DNA from: an uncultured Elusimicrobia bacterium
GTDB taxonomy: Bacteria; Elusimicrobiota; Elusimicrobia; Elusimicrobiales; UBA9959
NCBI GenBank assembly: GCA_903889965.1
Contig: CAISZM010000003.1
Span: 54,834 to 118,833 of the forward strand
DNA: 64,000 bases
Direction of reading: 5' to 3'
A program made the translations under genes and the position numbers. How positions within the stretch are numbered: position 1 is the first letter of the stretch; each line of letters opens with the position of its first letter. This document shows, piece after piece, positions 42,808 through 52,752 of this stretch. The notes below the pieces were generated by a model. The model had not been told where the DNA came from and searched no databases. It saw nothing but the letters and a program-made list of their open reading frames with translations.

Positions 42808-44571
42808 TTACACCGCGCTGGAGCGCTGGAAGCGGCGGGCTATGTCGGCTGCGGAGAGGAAAAACAGCGTGGGGCGGCCATGGGGGCAGTGGTGCCCGTC
42901 TTTGGCTTTTTTCAGGTCTTCCATAAGCCGCAGGGCCTCCTGGGGCTTTACAAAATCGTGCGCTTTAATGGATTTTTTGCAGGCCATCGTGGCTATGATA
43001 TTCTTCTTTACGTCCTCAGCGGCTTTCTCCGGTTCGCCCAGCACTTCCGAAAGGTAGCCCAGAAATTCGGAGAAAGCGTTCTGCGTGAAATAAAAAAGGG
43101 CGGGGGCCGCGCGCAGAAGCGCTACCGAAGGCCCGCGCTGGTCGATCTCGAAGCCCGCCGTCTTCATCCAATCGCGCCATTTAAGCGCCGTTTCCATCTG
43201 CGAGCGTGAAAGCTCGGCCTCGAGAGGGACGAGCAGAGGCTGAACCTTTATAACCCCGGTGGAGAACTCTTCCAGGTATTTTTCGAACAACACCCTCTCC
43301 TGGGCCGCGTGCTGGTCAACGACCAGCAGGCCGGCGCCGCATTCGAACAGAAGGTAGCTTTTTGCCAGCTGGCCAAGATATGAAAGGTCCTGCCCCCGCC
43401 AGTCGGAGGGTACGGGGCCCGGGGCCTCCGCGCCGGCGGGGGAAAAGTCAAAAAGGCCCCCGGTTTCCGCCGCGGGCTGCGGCGGGGCCTGGGGCTCGCG
43501 ATAGCCCGGAACGTCGGAAACCGCAAATTTGCTCCCGCCGGCCTTCGTCCCCAGCTCTACGGCGGCGGTCTGTTTTTTCAGCAGCTCCTCGTAAACTGTG
43601 CCGGAAATAGTCTTAAATATCTCGTTCTCGGACGAGAACTTCACGTCCCTCTTCTGCGGATGCATGTTCGCGTCGAAGGCCCCCGGGTCCAGTTCCACGA
43701 ACAGGGCGCAGGCAGGGTGGCGGCCGGTCAGCATGTGGCCATAGCCCCGGTACAGCGCCTGCTTCAGCAGGGCTGACCCCACCGGCCGCCGGTTCACAAA
43801 AAAATGCTGGTTGACGCGCGTGGCCGCGAGAGCGTCAGGGCGCGAAACAAAGCCGTATACCGCCATGCCGGAAGTTTTTCCTTCCACACGCGCGAGGCCC
43901 GCGTAAATACTCTTCCCAAAGATAACGGAAGCGCGGCTTTTAAGGTTTTCCCACATGCCTCCGGGCAGGACCGGGAGGGAAAACATCTCGGAACCGTCAA
44001 TGACCAGGCGAAAAGCCGTACCCAGGTTCGCAAGGGCGGCCTCCTCCACGGTCTTTATGAGATGGGCGCGCTCGGCGGCGTCGCTTTTCATGAACTTGGC
44101 GCGCGCCGGGGTATTGAAGAACAGGTCCGCGGCCTCTATGGTGGTGCCTTTCACCGGCGGGGCGGGGATCTCGGCCGTTACACGGCCGCCCTCGCCCTCG
44201 ATCGCGAAGCCAAATTCGGAGCCGGCGGGGCAGGAGGACATTTTCAGGCGCGAAACCGCGAAGATGGAATATAGAGCTTCACCGCGGAAACCGAATGTGG
44301 CCAGTGAATAGATGTCCTCGAAGGAGTTAAGTTTGCTGGTGGCGTGGCGGCTCAGCGAGAGGCGCAGGTCCTCCCGGTCCATGCCGCGGCCGTCGTCGTG
44401 GACGCGTATCAGGCCGCGGCCGGCCCTCTTTATCTCTATCTCTATCCTGGAAGCGCCGGCGTCCAGAGAATTCTCGATAAGCTCTTTCAGCACGGAAGCC
44501 GGGCGCTCTATAACCTCGCCAGCGGCGATCTTTGAAATAACTTCTTCGGAAAGGACTTTTATTTCCGGCAT
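42808..44571 (-). CDS. mutL: DNA mismatch repair protein MutL
   Basis: It has IAAGEVIERPASVLKELIENSLDAGA, DDGRGM and the C-terminal dimerisation region. 587 aa. Confidence 0.93.
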   Translation of the reverse strand: MPEIKVLSEEVISKIAAGEVIERPASVLKELIENSLDAGASRIEIEIKRAGRGLIRVHDDGRGMDREDLRLSLSRHATSKLNSFEDIYSLATFGFRGEALYSIFAVSRLKMSSCPAGSEFGFAIEGEGGRVTAEIPAPPVKGTTIEAADLFFNTPARAKFMKSDAAERAHLIKTVEEAALANLGTAFRLVIDGSEMFSLPVLPGGMWENLKSRASVIFGKSIYAGLARVEGKTSGMAVYGFVSRPDALAATRVNQHFFVNRRPVGSALLKQALYRGYGHMLTGRHPACALFVELDPGAFDANMHPQKRDVKFSSENEIFKTISGTVYEELLKKQTAAVELGTKAGGSKFAVSDVPGYREPQAPPQPAAETGGLFDFSPAGAEAPGPVPSDWRGQDLSYLGQLAKSYLLFECGAGLLVVDQHAAQERVLFEKYLEEFSTGVIKVQPLLVPLEAELSRSQMETALKWRDWMKTAGFEIDQRGPSVALLRAAPALFYFTQNAFSEFLGYLSEVLGEPEKAAEDVKKNIIATMACKKSIKAHDFVKPQEALRLMEDLKKAKDGHHCPHGRPTLFFLSAADIARRFQRSSAV

Positions 44572-44583
44572 GTTGATCTTGCC

Positions 44584-45729
44584 TTACCGGGCCGGACCGG
44601 CTTTGGTCACGTAGTCGATGGCGTAAGTATAGCTGCCGAGGGAACCGGTTACGGCTGAACCTACTACGCCCATGGCGGCCGCATTTAAAGCGTCGCGCTT
44701 CTCCTCCATGGCCTTCTTGGCTTCGGTATCGAAGGTGAACGTTTCCGGGGACTGATAGGTCGCTATTGCCGCCGAAGGGATAACCCCGCCCTGCTGGTAA
44801 ATGTTAGCTACGAGAAAATCCACGCTGAAGGAATAGTCGCGCCCCTCGGGCCTCGCTATACTGCCGAGCGGCGGCACGCCGGCCTTGTTGAAAGCGGCAA
44901 GGCTCGCTCTGGAGGCGTTTAAAGCGTCCTTTTCGAAGGTGAATATTTCGCGGGAGTCGTAGCGGACCACGGCATACTGGGGACGGACCCCGTACTTGTT
45001 GGTTTTGACCGGGTACTCCACGGTCACGGCGTAATCCCCGTCCGGGCGCTTAACGGCCTTGCCGCGGATGGCGGGAACACCGGCATGCTGGAACATGGCC
45101 AGGTAGGCCGGGATATTATCCCGCGCGTCGCTTTCGAAGGTAAACTTCCCTCCGGTATAGTTATCGAACTTGATGTCGTATTCCTGCGTGGGGCGCAGGA
45201 CGTTCTTCTGCAGGTAATCAACGGCAAAGGCGCTGTCGTGGCCGACGGCATAAAGGTAGGAGCCCAGCACCACGACTCCGGCGGAGCGGAAATTGGCGGC
45301 GCAGGCGCCCATCTCCTCGGTGGCGTCGGCGGTCAGCCAGTAGGCTGCGCCGTTCCTGTAGGTCCCGGCCGTTACCGCGGACGGCAGGGCCGCGCCGTTC
45401 TTGACGGTGGGGAGATACTCTATGACAAAAGAATAATCATTGCCCAGCGGGACCACCCGGCCTCCCAGCGTGGTTATGCCGGCGGCTTTAAGCACGTTGA
45501 CGCGTACGTCCATGGCCGCTTTAGCGTCGTTCTCGAAAGTGAATACCTCGTCCGTGGTGTAGTTCGAGATGGTTACCCCCGGAGGGGTTACGGGAACGGG
45601 GAAGGACGGGGAGGGGATCTCGAGCTTCTTTATGACCGCGGAACTGACGTCGCCCAGGCCGGCGGCAGAAGAAAAAGCAGCGGCGCCGAATACAAGCAAA
45701 ACGGAAAAACCGGATATTGTCCTTATCAC
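44584..45729 (-). CDS. Secreted protein built from five tandem ~66-aa repeats (unrecognised domain)
   Basis: A signal peptide is followed by five repeats marked by FTFE/FTFD (residues 63, 196, 263, 331) or WLTAD (131). Each repeat ends in DYxFxV(E/D)(Y/F). Confidence 0.7.
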   Translation of the reverse strand: MIRTISGFSVLLVFGAAAFSSAAGLGDVSSAVIKKLEIPSPSFPVPVTPPGVTISNYTTDEVFTFENDAKAAMDVRVNVLKAAGITTLGGRVVPLGNDYSFVIEYLPTVKNGAALPSAVTAGTYRNGAAYWLTADATEEMGACAANFRSAGVVVLGSYLYAVGHDSAFAVDYLQKNVLRPTQEYDIKFDNYTGGKFTFESDARDNIPAYLAMFQHAGVPAIRGKAVKRPDGDYAVTVEYPVKTNKYGVRPQYAVVRYDSREIFTFEKDALNASRASLAAFNKAGVPPLGSIARPEGRDYSFSVDFLVANIYQQGGVIPSAAIATYQSPETFTFDTEAKKAMEEKRDALNAAAMGVVGSAVTGSLGSYTYAIDYVTKAGPAR

Positions 45730-45841
45730 TTTATACCTCCATGCCTGGCGGTCCTGAACCTTAATGGAATATGTTACAGGTTATCGAGGCGCCGCGACAG
45801 GGCCCGGAGGACCAGGCCGACCCGGGCCGTTCGGCCCAGCG

Positions 45842-48415
45842 CTATTTCAGGCGCCGCTTCCAGTCGGAAATGGCGGCAAGCGCCTCGAGCGGAGTTATAT
45901 TATCGGTGTCGCACATCTTCACCTCGTCCAGCACGGGGTGGCTGGAGAAGATAGGCAGCAGCGGGGTCTGGTCCCCGTCCGAGGCGTCCACGCGTATATT
46001 GCCCTTGGTTTCCAGGGTCTGGAGTATTTCCCGGGCGCGCTGTATGGCGGAGTCGGGAAGCCCCGCCAGCTGCGCTACGTGTATACCGTAGGACTTGTCC
46101 GCGGGACCTGCCGTTATCTTGTGCAGGAAAACCACCTCGGTCTTCCCTGAGGCGCTGGTCCATTCCTTGACCGCGATATTGCAATTCTTTATGCCCGAGA
46201 ACTTCTCGGCGAGCTCCGTAAGTTCGAAGTAATGCGTGGCGAACAGGACCTTGGGGCCTCCCTCCGGCCTGTAAAGATGTTCCACCACCGCCCAGGCTAT
46301 AGAAATGCCGTCGAAAGTGGAAGTGCCGCGCCCGACCTCGTCTAAAAGTATAAGGCTCCTGGGAGTGGCCAGCCGCATTATAGCGGAGGTCTCGCGCATT
46401 TCCACCATAAAGGTGGACTCGCCGCGCGCCATGCGGTCCTGTGCGCCGATGCGCGTCATTATGCGGTCAACGATGCCTATCTCCGCGGCGCGCGCCGGGA
46501 CGAAAGAGCCCATCTGCGCCATTATTACAGCCACCGCAGCCTGGCGAAGATACACGCTCTTACCGCTCATGTTGGGACCGGTGAGTATTATCGCGCGCGC
46601 GCCGCTGCCGCCAAGGTCGAGATCGTTGGGCACGAAGGTCCCGGCGGGAAGGAGGCGCTCGACCACGGGGTGGCGGCATTCCTCCACCTTAAGGACGTCC
46701 CCGGAATTAACATGGGGCCGGGAAAATTCGAAACGCACGGCGCTTTCGGCCAGCGCGAAAAAAACGTCCAGTTCCGCGGCGCCGGAGGCGTAGACCTTAA
46801 GCTCTGCCAGGCCCGCGCGCGCCTTTTCGCGCAATTCCGCGAACAGGTGGGATTCCAGTTTTGACATGCGCTCTTCCGCGCCGAGTATTTTATTTTCGAG
46901 GACCTTAAGCTCCTCGGTTATATAACGTTCGGCGTTTACGAGCGTCTGCTTGCGCACGAAATAATGAGGCACCTTGGAGGTGTGGGCCTTGGAAACTTCT
47001 ATGTAATAGCCGAAAATGCCGTTGTAGCCCACTTTAAGGGCGTTTATCTGCGTCTTCTCCCGCTCGCGCAGCTCTATCTCGGAAAGCAGCTTCTGGCTGT
47101 CGCGCCGCACGGACCGGAGTTCGTCCAATTCAGGGCTGTAGCCCTCGCGTATCACCCCGCCGTCGGTAATGCGCGCGGGAGGCGTCTCGGCAAGCGCCTT
47201 CTCCAGCTCGGAGCGCAGGTCGTTAAGAGCGCGTGAAACACCGTCAAGCCTGGAGGCGAGTTCCGGGGCGCACTCGAAGAAACCCGCCGAACTTAAAAGC
47301 AGCTTTAGGCGCGGCAGCTGGCCGAGGGCTTTCCGGACCGCGGCGAGGTCCCTGGGCGAGGCGCTGAGGTTAATTATGCGGCCCAGCAGGCGCTCTATGT
47401 CAGGTACCTGCGCGAGAATATCCCCCAGCTGCTCCCGGGCCTCGCGGTTCTCCGCGAGGAAGGCGGTGAAAGCCTGGCGGGTCTGTATCTCGCGCAGGTC
47501 GCAGAGCGGCTCAAGTATCCAGCGGCGCAGCAGGCGGGAACCCATGGAGGTCTTTGAAAGGTCAAGTACGCCCCAGAGGGTCTTGGAATCGTCTCCGTCG
47601 AGGGAGGTCACCAGTTCCAGGGTCCTTATGGCTGACTCGTCCAGCTGCAGGCGGTTGGACGGTTCGTAATAGGAGGGTGAAAACACCTCCTTCAATCCGG
47701 GCTGGGTCTGGCGGACGTAAGCGGTAGCCTCCAGCGCGGCCTTCATGGCAAACCTGTGGTTTTGCCATACAGGCTGGGCGGACCAGGCCTGGTCGTGGCC
47801 GTCCACGCGCGAGTATTCGGTGATAACCGCCGGAGAGAAATCCAGGCCGCGGGATCTTATCTCTTTGAGCGTCCTGGAATCGGCGATTATCTCGGCCGGG
47901 GCCGTCCGCGAAACTACGGCGAGCAATTGGTAAAGATCAGGGTCGTTAAGGTTCTGAGTGGCGACGAAGTCTCCCGTCGAAGCGTCGAAGGAGGCCAGGC
48001 CCCAGCCCACAATATCAAGGTGCAGCGCCACCAGATAGCTGGCGGAGCGGGGCCGCAGCAACTCGTCTTCCACGACAGTGCCCGGGGTTATGAGGCGGAC
48101 CACTCCGCGTTTAAAAAGCTTGGTCTTCCTGGCGTCGCCGTCGGGCCCCATCTGTTCGCAGATGGCGACCTTGTGCCCGGCGGCCAGCAGCCTGGCTATA
48201 TAATTCGAGGCGGCATGGTGCGGGACCCCGCACATCGGCACGCCCTGGCGCGCGGTCAGCGTGAGGCCCAGCTCGGCGCTGGCGGTCTTCGCGTCGTCGA
48301 AGAACATTTCGTAAAAATCCCCCAGCCGGAAAAAAAGCAGGGCGTGCGGATACGAACTCTTCAGGGATTGATACTGCTGCATCAGGGGCGTTTCGGGGGT
48401 TTCAACCTGGGTCAT
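45842..48415 (-). CDS. mutS: DNA mismatch repair protein MutS
   Basis: It has the N-terminal TPLMQQY and FYEMFFDDA, and the Walker A motif TGPNMSGKSVYLRQ. 857 aa. Confidence 0.95.
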   Translation of the reverse strand: MTQVETPETPLMQQYQSLKSSYPHALLFFRLGDFYEMFFDDAKTASAELGLTLTARQGVPMCGVPHHAASNYIARLLAAGHKVAICEQMGPDGDARKTKLFKRGVVRLITPGTVVEDELLRPRSASYLVALHLDIVGWGLASFDASTGDFVATQNLNDPDLYQLLAVVSRTAPAEIIADSRTLKEIRSRGLDFSPAVITEYSRVDGHDQAWSAQPVWQNHRFAMKAALEATAYVRQTQPGLKEVFSPSYYEPSNRLQLDESAIRTLELVTSLDGDDSKTLWGVLDLSKTSMGSRLLRRWILEPLCDLREIQTRQAFTAFLAENREAREQLGDILAQVPDIERLLGRIINLSASPRDLAAVRKALGQLPRLKLLLSSAGFFECAPELASRLDGVSRALNDLRSELEKALAETPPARITDGGVIREGYSPELDELRSVRRDSQKLLSEIELREREKTQINALKVGYNGIFGYYIEVSKAHTSKVPHYFVRKQTLVNAERYITEELKVLENKILGAEERMSKLESHLFAELREKARAGLAELKVYASGAAELDVFFALAESAVRFEFSRPHVNSGDVLKVEECRHPVVERLLPAGTFVPNDLDLGGSGARAIILTGPNMSGKSVYLRQAAVAVIMAQMGSFVPARAAEIGIVDRIMTRIGAQDRMARGESTFMVEMRETSAIMRLATPRSLILLDEVGRGTSTFDGISIAWAVVEHLYRPEGGPKVLFATHYFELTELAEKFSGIKNCNIAVKEWTSASGKTEVVFLHKITAGPADKSYGIHVAQLAGLPDSAIQRAREILQTLETKGNIRVDASDGDQTPLLPIFSSHPVLDEVKMCDTDNITPLEALAAISDWKRRLK

Positions 48416-48463
48416 AATGAAGAAAGCAACAAGCGATCAAAGGGGTCTGCGGCCGCCGGCGGC

Positions 48464-49444
48464 CTACGGCTCCTCCGTATATTGTATCAAAAGCTCTTTG
48501 GCCTCGTTAAGAGTTTTAAGCCGCATGAAAGAAGCCCTGGCCCCGGCGGCGCCCGGCAGACCCTTAAGCCAGTACCCGACAAGTTTTCGCGCGCGGGCCA
48601 ATCCGTGCTCCTCGCCGTAAATACCGGCGTTCAGCTCGAGGAAACGCAGGAAAAGCCTCATACGGGCCGCCTGGTCCGGCGCAGAGGGCGTTCCGCCGGA
48701 AAGGCCGGAAGCTATCTCCGAGAATACCGCCGGGTTAAAAACCGCTGCCCGGCCCACCGCCGCCCCGGCGCAGCCGGTTTCAAGTATGGCGCGCGCCCCG
48801 GCCGCGTTTTCCACCCCGCCATTGCCGAAAACCGGGATCTTGACCGCGGCGGCCGAAACGGCCATAGCCTCAAGGTTCACCGCACCGGTGTGGAACTGGG
48901 AGGCCGGCCTGCCGTGCAGCGTTATGGCTGCCGCTCCGGCCTCTTCGCAAACCCTGGCCAGCAGGGGCCCGAGATTTTCCCCGGCTGTCAGACCCACCCG
49001 GAATTTTACGGTCACCGGGACCGCGACGCTTTTGACGATGTTCGCCACGATATCCGCCAGCAGCGCCGGGGTTTTCATCAGCGCGGCTCCGGCCCCGGAA
49101 CGCATGACTTTTTTCATCGGACAGCCGGCGTTAACGTCCACAATATCGGCGCCCGCGCGCTCGGCGGCCTGCGCGGCCAGGGCCATAGAGGCGGGATCGG
49201 CGCCGAATATCTGTATGGCCGCCGGATGCTCTCCGGGCAGCAGCTCAAGCATTTTGAAGGATTTTTTGTTGCCGTATTTAATACTTTCCGCCGACACCAT
49301 TTCGGTGACGACAAGGCCCGCGCCGCCTTCGGCTGCCAGTATCCGGAAAGCCGCGCCTGTTATGCCGGCCATAGGGGCGAGGGCGAGGTTGTTTTTTAAA
49401 CGCAGCCGACCTATGCCGAGCGGGCGCAGAAGATCGTGTATCAC
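48464..49444 (-). CDS. dus: tRNA-dihydrouridine synthase
   Basis: It has LAPMAGITGAAFR, DVNAGCP (catalytic Cys context) and TLHGR. 326 aa. Confidence 0.85.
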   Translation of the reverse strand: MIHDLLRPLGIGRLRLKNNLALAPMAGITGAAFRILAAEGGAGLVVTEMVSAESIKYGNKKSFKMLELLPGEHPAAIQIFGADPASMALAAQAAERAGADIVDVNAGCPMKKVMRSGAGAALMKTPALLADIVANIVKSVAVPVTVKFRVGLTAGENLGPLLARVCEEAGAAAITLHGRPASQFHTGAVNLEAMAVSAAAVKIPVFGNGGVENAAGARAILETGCAGAAVGRAAVFNPAVFSEIASGLSGGTPSAPDQAARMRLFLRFLELNAGIYGEEHGLARARKLVGYWLKGLPGAAGARASFMRLKTLNEAKELLIQYTEEP

Positions 49445-50166
49445 GGATTCAGGGCGTAGTTGCCGTCGTGGGCGCTGGAAAAGTCGCGGGGGGCGCGCCT
49501 CAGCACCAGCCCCGTCTCCGAACCCGGGGCCCCGACCTTCCGCAGCACTTCCAGCTGGAAAGCCGCGGCCTTATCCTCGGCGTTGAATATGGCGTCCATT
49601 CCTTTGTAGTCGGCCCGGACCGGGTTGGCCTCGACTTTAAGATCGGCGCTCTGGCCGGGAGGGGGGGGCGTCAGGACCGCTTTTTTTTTGGCGTTAACCT
49701 CGTGCCAGGAATGCCAGGACTGATGGGCGATGATCCCCGCGCACCAGGTCAGGGAGCGGAAAGCCTGATCCGACGAGATGGCAGCCACCGAACGGCCGTC
49801 ATCCCTGTAAAATCCGGTCTTATCCTCGTTACGTATGACGCCCAGATTGTCCCTGATAAAAAGAAAGGTGTCGCGGTCGGCCATCCAGATAAGCTTAAGG
49901 GCATGTGTGACCTGGCTCTTGAACTCCGGCGAACCCTGTATGTCCAGGCCGCGCCCGGGGTCGTACGCCTCAGGCTGAACCGCCGCGGCTGGAGGAGCCG
50001 CCGGTTTTTCCGCGGCGGCCTCCGGCGCGCGGACCGCCTCGCGCCTTGAATATTGGGTGGCGCGGTCCGATACATAATACCAGACCACGGCCCCCATCAG
50101 CACCAGGGGCAAAAAAGCGAGCGCCCTGCTGGCGCGAAAGAATTTATGGTCCTTTATTTCCGGCAT
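49441..50166 (-). CDS. N-anchored hypothetical protein (241 aa)
   Basis: It has one TM segment (ALAFLPLVLMGAVVWYYV), a Pro/Ala linker, and a globular part with HQSWHSWHE. Its stop overlaps the dus start by 4 nt. Confidence 0.55.
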   Translation of the reverse strand: MPEIKDHKFFRASRALAFLPLVLMGAVVWYYVSDRATQYSRREAVRAPEAAAEKPAAPPAAAVQPEAYDPGRGLDIQGSPEFKSQVTHALKLIWMADRDTFLFIRDNLGVIRNEDKTGFYRDDGRSVAAISSDQAFRSLTWCAGIIAHQSWHSWHEVNAKKKAVLTPPPPGQSADLKVEANPVRADYKGMDAIFNAEDKAAAFQLEVLRKVGAPGSETGLVLRRAPRDFSSAHDGNYALNP

Positions 50167-50244
50167 AGTCCTAAAAACAGAAAGCGGAAACCGTAAAAAG
50201 CAAAAGCATTTTTCGTTTCCCGCTTTCGGTCCGCCGCCCAGGGT

Positions 50245-50646
50245 CTATTTAGAGGCTTTCAGGTAAGCCTTATAGAAAGCCTGCAGTTCGCTGTCGGCGT
50301 CCTGGAATTCCAGCACGTGCTTTTTGCAGCCGCGGCGCGAGCAGATCTGAACTTGGCCTCCGGCCTTCAGTTCAAAAGCTATCATCTGGGAGCCGCAGGC
50401 GTCGCACTTGCGGGTGCTCTTAAGGTCGGCCTTGCAGTGCGGGCAGCGGAAACCGGCCACTTTCCCTACTGGGATGTTCATATCCGTCTGCACCTTGTAA
50501 CTGCCGTAAAGAGAGCTGAGGTAAAGGGGGGCATGCTTGCCCGCGTAGGTAAGGTTAACCTCTATGGCCGGGGCGCTCTCCAGTTTATTTACGGCGCTCA
50601 TCAGGGATTTGCCGCAATGGGGACATTTTACTTGGATGCTTATCAT
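50245..50646 (-). CDS. Cys-rich double zinc-ribbon protein (133 aa)
   Basis: It has CPHCGK, CPHCKADLKSTRKCDACG and CSRRGCKKH cysteine pairs. Confidence 0.6.
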   Translation of the reverse strand: MISIQVKCPHCGKSLMSAVNKLESAPAIEVNLTYAGKHAPLYLSSLYGSYKVQTDMNIPVGKVAGFRCPHCKADLKSTRKCDACGSQMIAFELKAGGQVQICSRRGCKKHVLEFQDADSELQAFYKAYLKASK

Positions 50647-50765
50647 AGGAACCTCCAGAAAACCGAATAGACCGGGAGCGGCAGATCATGCGCATTTTCA
50701 GATGCGGCGGCGCCGGCGCCGCTGACCGCCCGCTGCTTGCCGTTTACGCCATTATGATACCAAAT

Positions 50766-52712
50766 TTACTCGTAACGCAGGGCTTCGATCGGGGAAAGAA
50801 GGGAGGCCTTCCGGGCCGGCCAAAAGCCAAAAACGATACCTACGCCTGCTGAAAAGCCGAAAGCGAGCCCCACGGAGAACGGGGAGATATAAATGGCCCA
50901 GCCGGAGAACTTGGACAGCAGCATGGAAGACCCGGCCCCGATAAATATGCCGAGCAGGCCGCCAATTACAGAGATGATTATGGCCTCGATCAGGAACTGC
51001 AGAAGGACCGCGCGCCGGGTGGCGCCAATGGCCTTCCTGAGCCCTATCTCCTTGGTGCGCTCGCTCACGCTGACCAGCATGATATTCATGATGCCTATGC
51101 CGCCGACGATGAGAGAGATGCCGGCTATTATGCCCAGCAGCGTGCTGAAGGTTTTTATGGTTCCGGTCAGCATGGTCTGCAGGTCGGCCATGTTCATGAG
51201 TGAAACGTCGTCGTCCTTGTAAGCCGGGATGTCGTGACGCTTGCGCATCAGGGCCTGTATGTTCTTCTGCACGTCGGGCATCAGTTTATAATCGGAAACT
51301 TCCACCCAGATGGAATCCACGTACTGCTTTCCCAGGAGAACCTTCATGGCGGTGCGCAGCGGCACCACGACCATATCGTCCTGGTCCTGAAACCCGGAGG
51401 CCCCTTTCATGGGCAGAACGCCGATGACGGTAAAGTTCTTCCGGTTGATCTTCATGGTCTTGCCTACCGGGTTCTCCTTGCCGAAAAGCTGCGTGGCCAC
51501 GGTCTGGCCCACCAGCGCCACTTTTTTCAGCGCCATGTCCTCGTCATCGGAGAAGAAGCGCCCGTAATACGGCTCGGCGTTGCGCATGGAGGCGTAAACG
51601 GACGTAACCCCGCTGACGCGGCTGCGGTAGTTCTGGGAACCGTAGACAAGCTGGGCGGAACCCTGCACATTGGAATCCGTCCTGGTCACGTTAGCCACCA
51701 GCTTTGGAAGCGCGGCGGCATCCTCAAGAGTCAGCCGGCTTACAGCGCCGCGGCCCAGCGACATCCCGCCCTGGCTTCGGTTGCCGGGCATGACGGCCAG
51801 GAGGTTCGTGCCCAGGGAGGACATCTGTTTCTGTATGGCCCGCTGAGCGCCGGTGCCCACCGCGAGCATGGCTATCAGGGCGCCGACGCCTATGATTATG
51901 CCGAGCATGGTCAGAAGGGAGCGGGTCTTGTTGCTGATGATGGAATTTATGGAAGAGCCCATGTTCTCCGCGACCTCGCGCCAGGAGAGGAAGAAGGATT
52001 TGGGGATCCTGAGGTGTGCGGTCGACTCTTTTTGAGAGGGCGCCTTTTTCGAGATATCCTCGATTATCATGCCGTCCTTCAGCTTGATGACGCGGTCGGC
52101 CCAGGCCGCTATATCCGGCTCGTGCGTGACGATGACGACGGTTATCCCCTGGTCGTTGAGTTTGCGGAAAATGCCCATGATCTCGTTGGACTGGTCGCTG
52201 GCCAGGTTGCCGGTGGGCTCGTCCGCGAATATTATCTTCGGGTTGTTTACCAGGGAGCGGGCTATGGCCACGCGCTGCTGCTGGCCGCCCGAAAGCTGGT
52301 TGGGCCGGTGGCCCATCCGGTCGGCCAGCCCCACCTGGGCCAGATATTTCCCGGCTTCCGTCGGGCGGGCTTTCTCCCCGAGGTAGATCTGGGGCAGGGA
52401 CACATTCTCGGCCGCGCTGATCCTGGGCAGAAGATTGAACTGCTGGAACACGAAACCGAGTATACGGGCCCGCAGGTAGGACAGTTCGACGTCGTCCAGG
52501 TCGGAGATCTCGCGCCCGAAAAGCTTATAGGAACCTGCTGTGGGCCTGTCCAGCAGGCCCAGTATATGCATCAGCGTGGATTTGCCGGAGCCCGAAGGGC
52601 CCATTATGGCGACGAACTCGCCCTCTTTTACCGAAAGATCCACGCCTTTAAGTATCCGCAGTGGCTCCCCGCCCATTTCGTATACTTTGGTTATACCTTT
52701 GAGTTCGATCAT
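50766..52712 (-). CDS. macB: MacB-type ABC transporter (fused ATPase + FtsX-like permease)
   Basis: It has GPSGSGKST, LSGGQQQRVAIARSL, a large periplasmic loop and four TM segments. 648 aa. Confidence 0.9.
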   Translation of the reverse strand: MIELKGITKVYEMGGEPLRILKGVDLSVKEGEFVAIMGPSGSGKSTLMHILGLLDRPTAGSYKLFGREISDLDDVELSYLRARILGFVFQQFNLLPRISAAENVSLPQIYLGEKARPTEAGKYLAQVGLADRMGHRPNQLSGGQQQRVAIARSLVNNPKIIFADEPTGNLASDQSNEIMGIFRKLNDQGITVVIVTHEPDIAAWADRVIKLKDGMIIEDISKKAPSQKESTAHLRIPKSFFLSWREVAENMGSSINSIISNKTRSLLTMLGIIIGVGALIAMLAVGTGAQRAIQKQMSSLGTNLLAVMPGNRSQGGMSLGRGAVSRLTLEDAAALPKLVANVTRTDSNVQGSAQLVYGSQNYRSRVSGVTSVYASMRNAEPYYGRFFSDDEDMALKKVALVGQTVATQLFGKENPVGKTMKINRKNFTVIGVLPMKGASGFQDQDDMVVVPLRTAMKVLLGKQYVDSIWVEVSDYKLMPDVQKNIQALMRKRHDIPAYKDDDVSLMNMADLQTMLTGTIKTFSTLLGIIAGISLIVGGIGIMNIMLVSVSERTKEIGLRKAIGATRRAVLLQFLIEAIIISVIGGLLGIFIGAGSSMLLSKFSGWAIYISPFSVGLAFGFSAGVGIVFGFWPARKASLLSPIEALRYE

Positions 52713-52752
52713 ATTGCTCGTCTCTCCAGCCGCCGTCCCGGGCCGATATAGC

